Shown here: in pieces, positions 31,139 to 39,160 of the stretch
Layout of the letters: the number at the start of each line of letters is the position of its first letter
How positions within the stretch are numbered: the stretch's first letter is position 1
IMG/VR virus record: IMGVR_UViG_3300038679_000051
Location: 1-64,000 of that record
Strand: one strand, 5' to 3'
Length of the DNA: 64,000 bases
Source: a virus
Lineage: Duplodnaviria; Caudoviricetes
Translations under genes and position numbers: made by a program
Notes under the pieces: generated by a model
The model's database searches: none
Told to the model about the DNA's origin: nothing
What the model saw: only the letters and a program-made list of their open reading frames with translations

Positions 31139-31876
31139 TCATTTAATCTTTTTGAATTCGGTTACGACGAACTTACCGAAGCCTTGTGACCGACTGGCAC
31201 CTAAGCCATCTCCTTCGGCCAATTTCAGCATCCGCTTAATGTGCTCTTCTTTGAAGGCACCGTTGATTGGCCACTTGATGGTAAAGGTGGCTTGTGCTTT
31301 TTCGACATATTCATGTCTACCGATGGCCGACCGTCGTCCGGATGCATCGCTGATGTGCTTTATGCGATCGACGTTGCCGTCTGCTTTCTTAATTGGTTTA
31401 CCGTCTTTGAGCAACCTGATGCGCAGTGGGTCGATGTGTAGGCCGTGCTGCAACGTTTGGCGACCACCAGCATGTCCAGCATTGTCGTCATTGCTCTTGC
31501 GTTTGCCGGGCGGCAATTGCGTTATACCAAGCGTGACGGCACATTCGCGCAACAATGCCTTGACGTTGGCATGCCATATGGTCAAACATTGTTCATTGTC
31601 GCGTTCAAACACGCAGCAATTCGATTCCTTAGCCGATACCAATTCATTATCGAGCAATTTTCCATCTCGCACTCGTTCGCGAAATTCCTCCTTTTCCTTA
31701 TCGGACATGTGTTTGGCTTCCATGTAAAATTCAAGCATGTCACCCATCGCAGGGCAACCACCAAGCACTTTGTCTAAGAAACATATGCTCACTTGATATT
31801 CTTCAAAAAGTTTGACGTCATCCAACACTGACAACACTGATTTCGTTTTTGTTTCAGTCTTTGTTTTGATTTGCAT
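31139..31876 (-). CDS. Solitary Cas7/RAMP-like protein (Csf2/Vipr-like)
   Basis: YQVSICFLDKVLGGCP; FERD...IWHANVKALLRE; C-terminal G-loop GLGASRSQGFGKFVV; AAGGAG RBS. Confidence 0.8.
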   Translation of the reverse strand: MQIKTKTETKTKSVLSVLDDVKLFEEYQVSICFLDKVLGGCPAMGDMLEFYMEAKHMSDKEKEEFRERVRDGKLLDNELVSAKESNCCVFERDNEQCLTIWHANVKALLRECAVTLGITQLPPGKRKSNDDNAGHAGGRQTLQHGLHIDPLRIRLLKDGKPIKKADGNVDRIKHISDASGRRSAIGRHEYVEKAQATFTIKWPINGAFKEEHIKRMLKLAEGDGLGASRSQGFGKFVVTEFKKIK

Positions 31877-31891
31877 TTTTGTCTCCTTTAA

Positions 31892-32091
31892 GGGTTGCCT
31901 TGGAAAGGCCAGGTCTAGATGGGCATGTCACTTGGGCGGAGCAGGAGCGACTTGGTGTGGCCCGTCTCAAATGTCTCAGCATGTCACACTCCGGGTTAAA
32001 TGGCATGTCGCAAAGGCTCGGCTTGAATTGGCTAGTCTCAAATGTCACAAAGGCCCGGAATGGCTTGTCACGGACTGTACCGACTTGTCAC
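31892..32091. repeat. Pentamer-periodic array G(G/T/A)N-NN with recurring GTCNC-AAA(T) punctuation; candidate guide RNA locus
   Basis: 36 pentamers in 7 runs, 33 start with G (+ strand); GTC[A/T/G]C occurs 9 times; lies directly 5' of the RAMP gene RBS. Confidence 0.75.
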
Positions 32092-32155
32092 ATGGACGTC
32101 TATTCTTTTTATGCTCGTTCGTCAATTTTCTAGGATTCTTGACCAAATATATTTT

Positions 32156-33325
32156 ATGATAGGCACTACTAAATATATTGAATTGGTTGCCGTTAGACAG
32201 CATGGCAGCGTCACCATAAGCAATGGTAACGTCCGTGAAATTTATACACCTACGTTTGGCATGGTGATTAGGGACGTCGTCTGGAAAGCGAATTTGAATC
32301 CATCTGATTTTGATGTTTGGGTGCCTGATTATGAGCACATGAATCTTAAACAAGCTGGTGTGATGGATCCGGTCACCAATGGTGACGTAATCGTATTGAC
32401 GCACATTGCATTTGGGATGGATTATAAAAAAGCCACTGAGGCATATGCATTGCTCAAATCAATCATGCCCAGTAGATATGCCGTCTTTAGGGAATCCGAC
32501 CCTGGTTCTGGCTCTGACATACCGTCCAAGGTCCCGCCACACGCCATCATCAGCCTTACCGAACGTTTTGGCGATGCGCCGTTGGACGTTTTGTTCGATG
32601 CGTCTGGGTCATATGATGAAATCGTTTCAATAACTGAATATGAGTGGAATTTTGGTGACGGCAACAAATCATCTGAACCGGTGGTTGACCATCAATATCA
32701 GAAAAATGGTGCTTTCACGGTCACGCTGACCGTGAAAAATGATTTGGGCATGATCGGCAGTACGACCAGACAGATATTGGTCGGTCCAGCCAACGTTCCG
32801 ACGGCAGCAGATCAATCGGTTGCCACGGTGGTCAACAGGAGCGTCAACATAACTTTAGTGGCGAATGATCCACAGGGACGTAGTTTGACGTATTCGGTTG
32901 TTAGGGTGCCATTGCATGGTACGCTTACTGGCATGGCACCTAATTTGACATATACGCCAAATGCCACATACGAAGGTGATGACGACTTCATTTTCAAGGC
33001 CAATAATGGGGCAGTAGACACTAACTCTGCGACCGTCAGCATCTCCATCAAATCTTCTGAGACGCCAGAAATTATCTCAGGACCTACTGTGACGCCGGAT
33101 TCAGTCAGCATGGATGAACCGGTATATTTTGGAATATCTGCCATTTCCACCAGTCCGATTGCCTTAAGATATATGTGGAATTTCGGCGATGGCAACATAT
33201 CTACTGTACAGAATCCAATGCATACATATGCATCGTCGGGGACGTTTATAGCGACCGTGACCATTAGCGTGGGCAACAGCACGACGGTGAAAACGGTTGC
33301 GGCGATTAGTGTCTTAGTAGGCTAA
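32156..33325 (+). CDS. PKD / Ig-like (PKD-Big_9-PKD) decoration protein
   Basis: FDASGSYD..YEWNFGDG..HQY..GAFTVTLTV; LTYTPNATYEGDDDFIFKANNG; YMWNFGDG..HTY. Confidence 0.88.
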   Translation: MIGTTKYIELVAVRQHGSVTISNGNVREIYTPTFGMVIRDVVWKANLNPSDFDVWVPDYEHMNLKQAGVMDPVTNGDVIVLTHIAFGMDYKKATEAYALLKSIMPSRYAVFRESDPGSGSDIPSKVPPHAIISLTERFGDAPLDVLFDASGSYDEIVSITEYEWNFGDGNKSSEPVVDHQYQKNGAFTVTLTVKNDLGMIGSTTRQILVGPANVPTAADQSVATVVNRSVNITLVANDPQGRSLTYSVVRVPLHGTLTGMAPNLTYTPNATYEGDDDFIFKANNGAVDTNSATVSISIKSSETPEIISGPTVTPDSVSMDEPVYFGISAISTSPIALRYMWNFGDGNISTVQNPMHTYASSGTFIATVTISVGNSTTVKTVAAISVLVG

Positions 33326-33338
33326 GAAGTAAATAACT

Positions 33339-33881
33339 TTGATGATTACTTTCGTCATACCGACCATAGGTCGATCAACTTTAATGCGATCTATTGATTC
33401 GCTACGTGCACAGACTGATCAAAATTGGAAAGCCATAATAGCCTTTGATACAATAGAACCGACTTTGTTGTCTGATGAAAAATTGAAGATCATTAAGGTG
33501 CGGCCGACCGGTCAATGGCGTGCTGGAGCAGTTCGGAATGCTGCTATCGATCTTGTAGAATCACCATGGGTAGGTCTATTGGATGATGACGATACCATAT
33601 GCCCGAATTATGTTGAGACGCATATGAAAATGATAAATGATGATTCTGCAGCTGACATTTTCTTATATAAGATGCTCAACCAAGATGGCAGAACGTTGCC
33701 TGACGTGCCAGATCTGCGTTGTAACCATGTTGGGATATCGTTCGCCTTCCGCAAACGGGTGTTTGAGAAGGTTAAGTTTAGGCAGATGAAATGTGAAGAT
33801 TTGGATTTTCTGCGTACTGCGAGAGTGAGGGGCTTTCGCATAAAGTTCGCCGACGCCGTCCTCTACAGGGTGAAACAATGA
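33339..33881 (+). CDS. Glycosyltransferase family 2
   Basis: ITFVIPTIGR; GAVRNAAI; GLLDDDD. Confidence 0.9.
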   Translation: MMITFVIPTIGRSTLMRSIDSLRAQTDQNWKAIIAFDTIEPTLLSDEKLKIIKVRPTGQWRAGAVRNAAIDLVESPWVGLLDDDDTICPNYVETHMKMINDDSAADIFLYKMLNQDGRTLPDVPDLRCNHVGISFAFRKRVFEKVKFRQMKCEDLDFLRTARVRGFRIKFADAVLYRVKQ

Positions 33882-34573
33882 TCATAATTACGGTAAGTCA
33901 TGATGCTAAGAATTTCGTTGAATTGTGCATTAAAGCGGTGCATCATTACACGAAGGGTGAACATCTACATCTAGTGATCGACAATGGTTCGCAGTTGGAT
34001 GCATTGAAATTGCTGCGCGGGTTTGCCAATAAAAAATGGATACAATTAATTGAGCGAAAATTATCTAAGAATGCTTCCGGACATGCATTGTCATTAGATT
34101 GGATCTTGAAAAATTATTATAATTTTGGTGATAAGTTCGTATGTTTAATGGATTCTGACGCTCATCCATCATCACATGGTTGGGACGTTGAATTATTGAA
34201 GCGGATGGAAGGGCATTCTGCTATTGGCTGCGTGCATTTCCGTGACGATAAATTGTTGCATCCATCGACGATGATTTTCAAACATGCAGAATATAAACGA
34301 ATTGGATGTCCAAGCTTTAGAATCATAAAGAATCAGGACGGTTTTATGGATACTGGCATGATTGTTTGTAAGGAGATGATTAAGCAAGGATTGAAATTAT
34401 TGCCGATGAGCAGAGAGGAAATGGCACAATTCGTACGCCATAGATGGTGCGCTACGCGCCGTGAATTAGTGACTGGTGACAAACTCGACGATCAACCTAC
34501 GGCCAAATACGACGAAGAAACGATGGCGTTTTTGGCACACCCATCGGCGCGGGAGGCATTGCAACATGCATAA
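33878..34573 (+). CDS. Glycosyltransferase family 2
   Basis: LVIDNGS; GHALSLD; CLMDSDA. Confidence 0.85.
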   Translation: MIIITVSHDAKNFVELCIKAVHHYTKGEHLHLVIDNGSQLDALKLLRGFANKKWIQLIERKLSKNASGHALSLDWILKNYYNFGDKFVCLMDSDAHPSSHGWDVELLKRMEGHSAIGCVHFRDDKLLHPSTMIFKHAEYKRIGCPSFRIIKNQDGFMDTGMIVCKEMIKQGLKLLPMSREEMAQFVRHRWCATRRELVTGDKLDDQPTAKYDEETMAFLAHPSAREALQHA

Positions 34574-35276
34574 ATTTCTGTTTTTGTCATTATTATTGTC
34601 ATTCATACCCGGTTGTCTCAATCCGACGCAACGCATGGATCCGCAACCAATTGTGATTACGCACAAGGAACCGGACGTTAAGGTCGCAACTAGGGACGAT
34701 CTAACGACGAGCACCAATTCATTGCAGACGCAAATTCAGGGCATTGGTGCAACCATAGGTCAATTGGCTAATAAAATGTCATTAGTCGAAGGCGATTTAT
34801 TGAAGATACAAAATTCGTTGGAGATTAAAGCCAGTGCAACGGCGATTGCTGAATTGCAGACCGACGTTCGTGCATCAATTAAAGCGATTACTGACGTTAA
34901 ATTGCAATTCGACGCTGAAATCAATGCCATTACCGACATTAAAGCACAATTGAATGCCCAAGCCAATTTATTTGCACAACTTGAGGCTAAATTGCAGGGA
35001 CAAGTTGGCTTATCCAATAAAATAGATGAATTGAAGAATGAAGTCAGTTCTGGTCGTGATAGCGTGGTCACGACCATTCAATTTACTGACAACGTAATGA
35101 AGACGATCATCTACGGCAATTTATTTTATGCCGGAATAATCATAGTGATCGTGGTATCCATATGCGTCGTCATAATTGTGTTAATGTCCAATTCTAGAAA
35201 GCGTGCTGAAGATCGATACAAGATGGAACGTGATCATCGGATGACGTTTAACGTTCAAAGAGGGGGAACGCAATGA
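34566..35276 (+). CDS. Lipoprotein with coiled coil and C-terminal TM helix (unimolecular-spanin-like architecture)
   Basis: MHKFLFLSLLLSFIPG-C lipobox; heptad region; GIIIVIVVSICVVIIVLM TM; basic tail; GGAGG RBS. Confidence 0.7.
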   Translation: MHKFLFLSLLLSFIPGCLNPTQRMDPQPIVITHKEPDVKVATRDDLTTSTNSLQTQIQGIGATIGQLANKMSLVEGDLLKIQNSLEIKASATAIAELQTDVRASIKAITDVKLQFDAEINAITDIKAQLNAQANLFAQLEAKLQGQVGLSNKIDELKNEVSSGRDSVVTTIQFTDNVMKTIIYGNLFYAGIIIVIVVSICVVIIVLMSNSRKRAEDRYKMERDHRMTFNVQRGGTQ

Positions 35277-35692
35277 AAAAAGTGAAAATGAAGAAAATCA
35301 AATTTGACGTTAAAGCTAGACCAGAATATCGAGACGTGCCAAAATACGCGAAACTTGGGGAGGAGCCAATTGAGGGGCAAATAGTTGACGCATGGTACAT
35401 TAACAAAGACGATTTGAAACCGTTCGATCCTGGTGCATATTTTCAAACGTCTGGTGAGGCAGTGGCAAAAGGCATAAAGATGTTGTCGGATGCTCATAAA
35501 TTCGTTGGACGATTGCAATCATTGGTATCGAAATTAAAGAAGACGAAAGCTAACAATAAATTTTTAGAAGTCGGACATGATGATTTCCAGATCGTATGTA
35601 AAAACAAGAATCCCAGAGTATTCAAGAAAAAAGAAGATAGGAAGATTAAGAAGAAACCCGAAGAGGACGATTGGGGAACGTCATGGCATTAA
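35273..35692 (+). CDS. Hypothetical basic protein
   Basis: ATGA overlap; GGGGG RBS. Confidence 0.65.
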   Translation: MKKVKMKKIKFDVKARPEYRDVPKYAKLGEEPIEGQIVDAWYINKDDLKPFDPGAYFQTSGEAVAKGIKMLSDAHKFVGRLQSLVSKLKKTKANNKFLEVGHDDFQIVCKNKNPRVFKKKEDRKIKKKPEEDDWGTSWH

Positions 35693-36273
35693 TATCCATC
35701 ATTACGCCAACTCATAAACGAAATCCAATTATCCTAGAAAGATGTTTTATATCAGTAGAAAGACAGACATATGATCAATGGGAACATTTGGTCGTTGCCG
35801 ATGGCGGTGATCTCAACGCTAAGAATATGATCATCGTGGGAAACAATGACAAGAGATCATATCATGAAATTGAACGTAGGGGCGGTTATGGTGCAGCGGT
35901 GCGTCAAGCAGCCTTGGATAAAGCCAAAGGCAAATATTTAGTTTTTCTAGATGATGATAACATAATCTTTCCAACGTTTTTAGAAAAGATGATCAGTGCC
36001 CTGGAGAGTGCAAAAGACGACGAAAAATTCGCGATTTGTCAGATGCTGCATTTTGGGCCGGTACAACCATTTCTTGGACCGCCACCAATCGTATTGGAAG
36101 GAATTCCGAAGATGTATCACATTGATACGCTTCAAATAATGATTGACAAAGAGGCATTTATGTCGGTTGGATGGCAAGGTAACGATTATTTTTCAGATGG
36201 TAGGACATATGAAATGTTGGGCAGCAAATTCAAATACGTGAAAGTTCCGGAAGTGTTGTGTGTACATCTATGA
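35683..36273 (+). CDS. Glycosyltransferase family 2
   Basis: ISIITPTH; VVADG; VFLDDDN. Confidence 0.9.
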   Translation: MALISIITPTHKRNPIILERCFISVERQTYDQWEHLVVADGGDLNAKNMIIVGNNDKRSYHEIERRGGYGAAVRQAALDKAKGKYLVFLDDDNIIFPTFLEKMISALESAKDDEKFAICQMLHFGPVQPFLGPPPIVLEGIPKMYHIDTLQIMIDKEAFMSVGWQGNDYFSDGRTYEMLGSKFKYVKVPEVLCVHL

Positions 36274-36282
36274 GGATCAAAC

Positions 36283-37485
36283 ATGGCTAATAATTTGGTC
36301 ACGGTCTTGTTAATTGGTATGAATGACGCCAAACCACATACGACTGAACGCAATGGTACGTTGGGTTTTGAATGTCATTATTTGGACAATGATGAAAATC
36401 TCGAACGAGCGTTAGTTGAACATCATCCACAAGTAATCGTCACTTTCGGTGACGTCCGATCATATAAGAGATTATGGAATGCACCAATTGAGATTAGAAA
36501 ACGTTGGCTCAATTTTGATAAACCAATCGATCCGCTTAAATTAGGTTCATCTATCTTAAGTTGTTATGCGATCAATGCAACCGGTAGAATTTTTGGTGAA
36601 TTGCCATTGATGTCCATCATTACGCCGACGTATAGAACTGGGCGTAAGATATTCCGACCGTTCAATTCATTGATGCAACAAACTTATAAGAACTGGGAAT
36701 GGGTCATCTTTGATGATTCTATGGATGATGATAAGACATATAATGAGATGTGCCATTTGGCTAAGCAAGATCATCGCATTTCGGTTTATAAAGCACACAG
36801 ACATTGCGGCGTGATTGGTGAATTGAAACGACGTGCCGCGATGTTGTCAAAAGGTGATTACATAGTTGAATTGGATCATGATGATGAACTTACACATGAA
36901 TGCCTGGATTATGTCATTGAGGCATTCAAACAATTTAATGACGCCGGTTTTGCTTATGGAGATTGTGCAGAGATATATGACGATGGACGCAATAGGACAT
37001 ATGGCCGATGGGCGTTCGATTATGGCAGTTATCGCAAAGAAATTTATGATGGTAGGGAATTGTTTGTGACTAATTATCCAAACATCAATTCTAAAACCAT
37101 CCGACACATTGTCGGCGTACCAAATCACGTCCGCGCATGGCGTAAAGATGATTATTTCGTAATTGGTGGTCACGGTAGCGACGTTCACGTCGCTGACGAT
37201 TATGAATTGTTGTTACGGACGTTTTTATATACGCCAATGATCAAAATACCAAAACTTACGTACATACAATATCATAACAGAAATGGTGGCGGCAATACGC
37301 AGATGTCTAGAAATGCAGAGATACAACGGTTGGTAAGACAATTCTCACATCATTATAATAAAGAGATCCATGATCGATTCATGGAATTGGGCGTCGATGA
37401 TTTCATTTGGGCGGAGAATGGACTAAATTGGAACGTTCCAAATAAGGACCCAGAATCAATCGCCAATTATGTGGCAGTTTTTTGA
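36283..37485 (+). CDS. Glycosyltransferase family 2 with N-terminal extension
   Basis: MSIITPTY; VIFDDS; VELDHDD; ADDYELLLR. Confidence 0.92.
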   Translation: MANNLVTVLLIGMNDAKPHTTERNGTLGFECHYLDNDENLERALVEHHPQVIVTFGDVRSYKRLWNAPIEIRKRWLNFDKPIDPLKLGSSILSCYAINATGRIFGELPLMSIITPTYRTGRKIFRPFNSLMQQTYKNWEWVIFDDSMDDDKTYNEMCHLAKQDHRISVYKAHRHCGVIGELKRRAAMLSKGDYIVELDHDDELTHECLDYVIEAFKQFNDAGFAYGDCAEIYDDGRNRTYGRWAFDYGSYRKEIYDGRELFVTNYPNINSKTIRHIVGVPNHVRAWRKDDYFVIGGHGSDVHVADDYELLLRTFLYTPMIKIPKLTYIQYHNRNGGGNTQMSRNAEIQRLVRQFSHHYNKEIHDRFMELGVDDFIWAENGLNWNVPNKDPESIANYVAVF

Positions 37486-37865
37486 ATTAATGCAATTAGA
37501 CATGATCCTAGATTGTTCAGGACATGTTTTAAATATTTTTCAGAATACCCTGAATCAAATAATCTGTAAAATATGACGCAATATCGATCGTCTTGCATAT
37601 AATTTAAACCGAATTGTTGCGTGATTACTGGTATTAGTGGTGAATCTAGTTCTTGTCTACCGTCATAATATATCTTAATGTCTATAAATGACGTATTGCC
37701 GATTTTGGTCAATATTATGCTTGGTGGGCAAAGGGATTCTCGACTTCCCATTTTCCTGGTCATCATCACCGATTTAATCGTTCCACCATTTGATGTGATG
37801 ATGATATATCCAAGAGATTCAAGCATCTTAATTAATGCATTCATGTAATTATATACGTTAAACAT
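37467..37865 (-). CDS. Hypothetical protein (start 37865 or 37844)
   Basis: 3' part of ORF 37467-38045; the 5' extension overlaps the GC-rich RNA. Confidence 0.55.
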   Translation of the reverse strand: MFNVYNYMNALIKMLESLGYIIITSNGGTIKSVMMTRKMGSRESLCPPSIILTKIGNTSFIDIKIYYDGRQELDSPLIPVITQQFGLNYMQDDRYCVIFYRLFDSGYSEKYLKHVLNNLGSCLIALIQKTAT

Positions 37866-37868
37866 AAT

Positions 37869-38024
37869 GATGGACCCATGTGAGGTATCACGCAGCCGGG
37901 TGACGTGACCGAGGGCGGGTCTGAGGTTTAGCGATCTGAACCTCGCTTCTCCCCATATCTCCGGCAGACCATGGTGGTACTCGTCACTGAATGGTTGACC
38001 CGCCGGTCGGTCTAAAGGCCGGCA
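37869..38024. ncRNA. Unassigned structured GC-rich RNA
   Basis: 37907-37921 pairs with 37997-38012; 9-bp hairpin 37923-37944; GCCGG 37895 with CCGGC 38019; GTGACG 37900 with CGTCAC 37982. Confidence 0.55.
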
Positions 38025-38075
38025 ATAAATAACATTGGCAAACATAAAAATGGGACATATAACTGGAGGAATGAG

Positions 38076-38564
38076 ATGAACATCAGCGATCGTATAATGT
38101 CGGCATTAGCTGAAGCAATACCGATACCAACCAAGGAAACTATAGCGAGAAGGAAGGAAGAGGTGGCTGACGCAGAGGCAGAAGTTGCTTCTGATCCAGC
38201 AGACATTGATACTGCGTCCGAATTTTTGGGCATAGCACCAGAAACGCCGGAAACGCCACCGGATGCACCAGGAGCACCGCCGCCGCCAGGAGAAGTACCG
38301 GGAGCGCCAGAGGCAGCACCACCGGTAGCGCCAGAGGCAGCACCACCGGTAGCACCAGAGGCAGGAGAAATAACAGGACCGGAAAAGACTGAACGAATCG
38401 ACATGCGGATCAAGCCATCGGATAAATCAGAAATTGAAGCAGCGGCTAGTAATCTTGGTTTGACTGTTTCGGCTTATGTCATGTTTTTACATAAGAGTTA
38501 TGGTGGTAGGGTCGGTATGCCACAGCCACAGCAGCCACAGCAGCCACAAGGCTCAATACAATAA
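38076..38564 (+). CDS. Pro/Ala-rich protein with C-terminal ribbon-helix-helix
   Basis: GGAGG RBS; ERIDMRIKPSDKSEIEAAASNLGLTVSAYV. Confidence 0.7.
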   Translation: MNISDRIMSALAEAIPIPTKETIARRKEEVADAEAEVASDPADIDTASEFLGIAPETPETPPDAPGAPPPPGEVPGAPEAAPPVAPEAAPPVAPEAGEITGPEKTERIDMRIKPSDKSEIEAAASNLGLTVSAYVMFLHKSYGGRVGMPQPQQPQQPQGSIQ

Positions 38565-38762
38565 ATCTAATGGTATGTCGTCGTATCTTCGTTTTAATAA
38601 TGGTGGTAACCGATTGCCAACTTTTGTCGGTTTAATTCTATTATTGTCATTAATTGGTCGCCCAAAGTCCTTGTTGGATATTCTACGAATATTGCAGCTC
38701 CTACAGTAGCCACTCCTATTCCTAGCGTAAATTTCTTTTTTGCAAACGACACATCGCCTCAT
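38553..38762 (-). CDS. Small Zn-finger protein
   Basis: CVVC..SGYCRSC; GGAG RBS. Confidence 0.5.
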   Translation of the reverse strand: MRRCVVCKKEIYARNRSGYCRSCNIRRISNKDFGRPINDNNRIKPTKVGNRLPPLLKRRYDDIPLDLLY

Positions 38763-38778
38763 GTTCTTCTCCGTTCGG

Positions 38779-38851
38779 TAGTCCCAGAAGGATTCGAACC
38801 TTCGACCGAGGGATTATGAGTCCCCTGCTCTCACCGCTGAGCTATGGGACC
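38779..38851 (-). tRNA. tRNA-Ile2 (CAU anticodon), CCA not encoded
   Basis: GGTCCCATAGCTCAG..GGGGA-CTCATAA-TCCCT..GGTTCGAATCC..TGGGACTA; C4:G69 and C5:G68 fit Ile2/TilS; elongator Met not excluded. Confidence 0.88.
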
Positions 38852-39144
38852 TTAGTTGTTTTCTTCTGTGCCCAACACATTAATAATGCCCCATTACCAT
38901 ATGGTTTACCACCATGGTTCGGACCTATCAAGGTGATGCCCTTGTCACAAATGCTTTCAACGACAAAAGGTATTTTAGGTATGCCATGATGAAACCCCAT
39001 GTCTTGAAAATACGGGATTTCATTGTCTGGAAATTGTATTGTACAACCGACTAATGGATGTGCATTGTCGGCTATTGTTTGGGCCACAAGATTTTTAACT
39101 TCCCTGCGTATCTGGTCCATGATTTCTTTCTCGTCCATCTTCAT
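38842..39144 (-). CDS. Hypothetical protein whose stop codon lies inside the tRNA
   Basis: MKMDEKE..KKTTKVP*; TAG equals tRNA nt 8-10. Confidence 0.6.
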   Translation of the reverse strand: MKMDEKEIMDQIRREVKNLVAQTIADNAHPLVGCTIQFPDNEIPYFQDMGFHHGIPKIPFVVESICDKGITLIGPNHGGKPYGNGALLMCWAQKKTTKVP

Positions 39145-39160
39145 GCCCTTTCGTTTTTTG

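Noticed and set aside
31892-32091. Coding ORFs across the pentamer array (31812-32159, 31854-32048, 31879-32133, 5' part of 32042)
   Set aside because: Low-complexity translations in several frames with no RBS; the PKD gene starts better at 32156
32095-32125. Sigma-70 promoter for the array and RAMP gene (TTGACG-17-TAGACG on the - strand)
   Set aside because: The -10 box lacks the conserved final T; not supportable without TSS data
37866-38045. N-terminal extension of ORF 37467-38045
   Set aside because: Overlaps the GC-rich self-complementary tract; composition differs sharply from the rest of the gene
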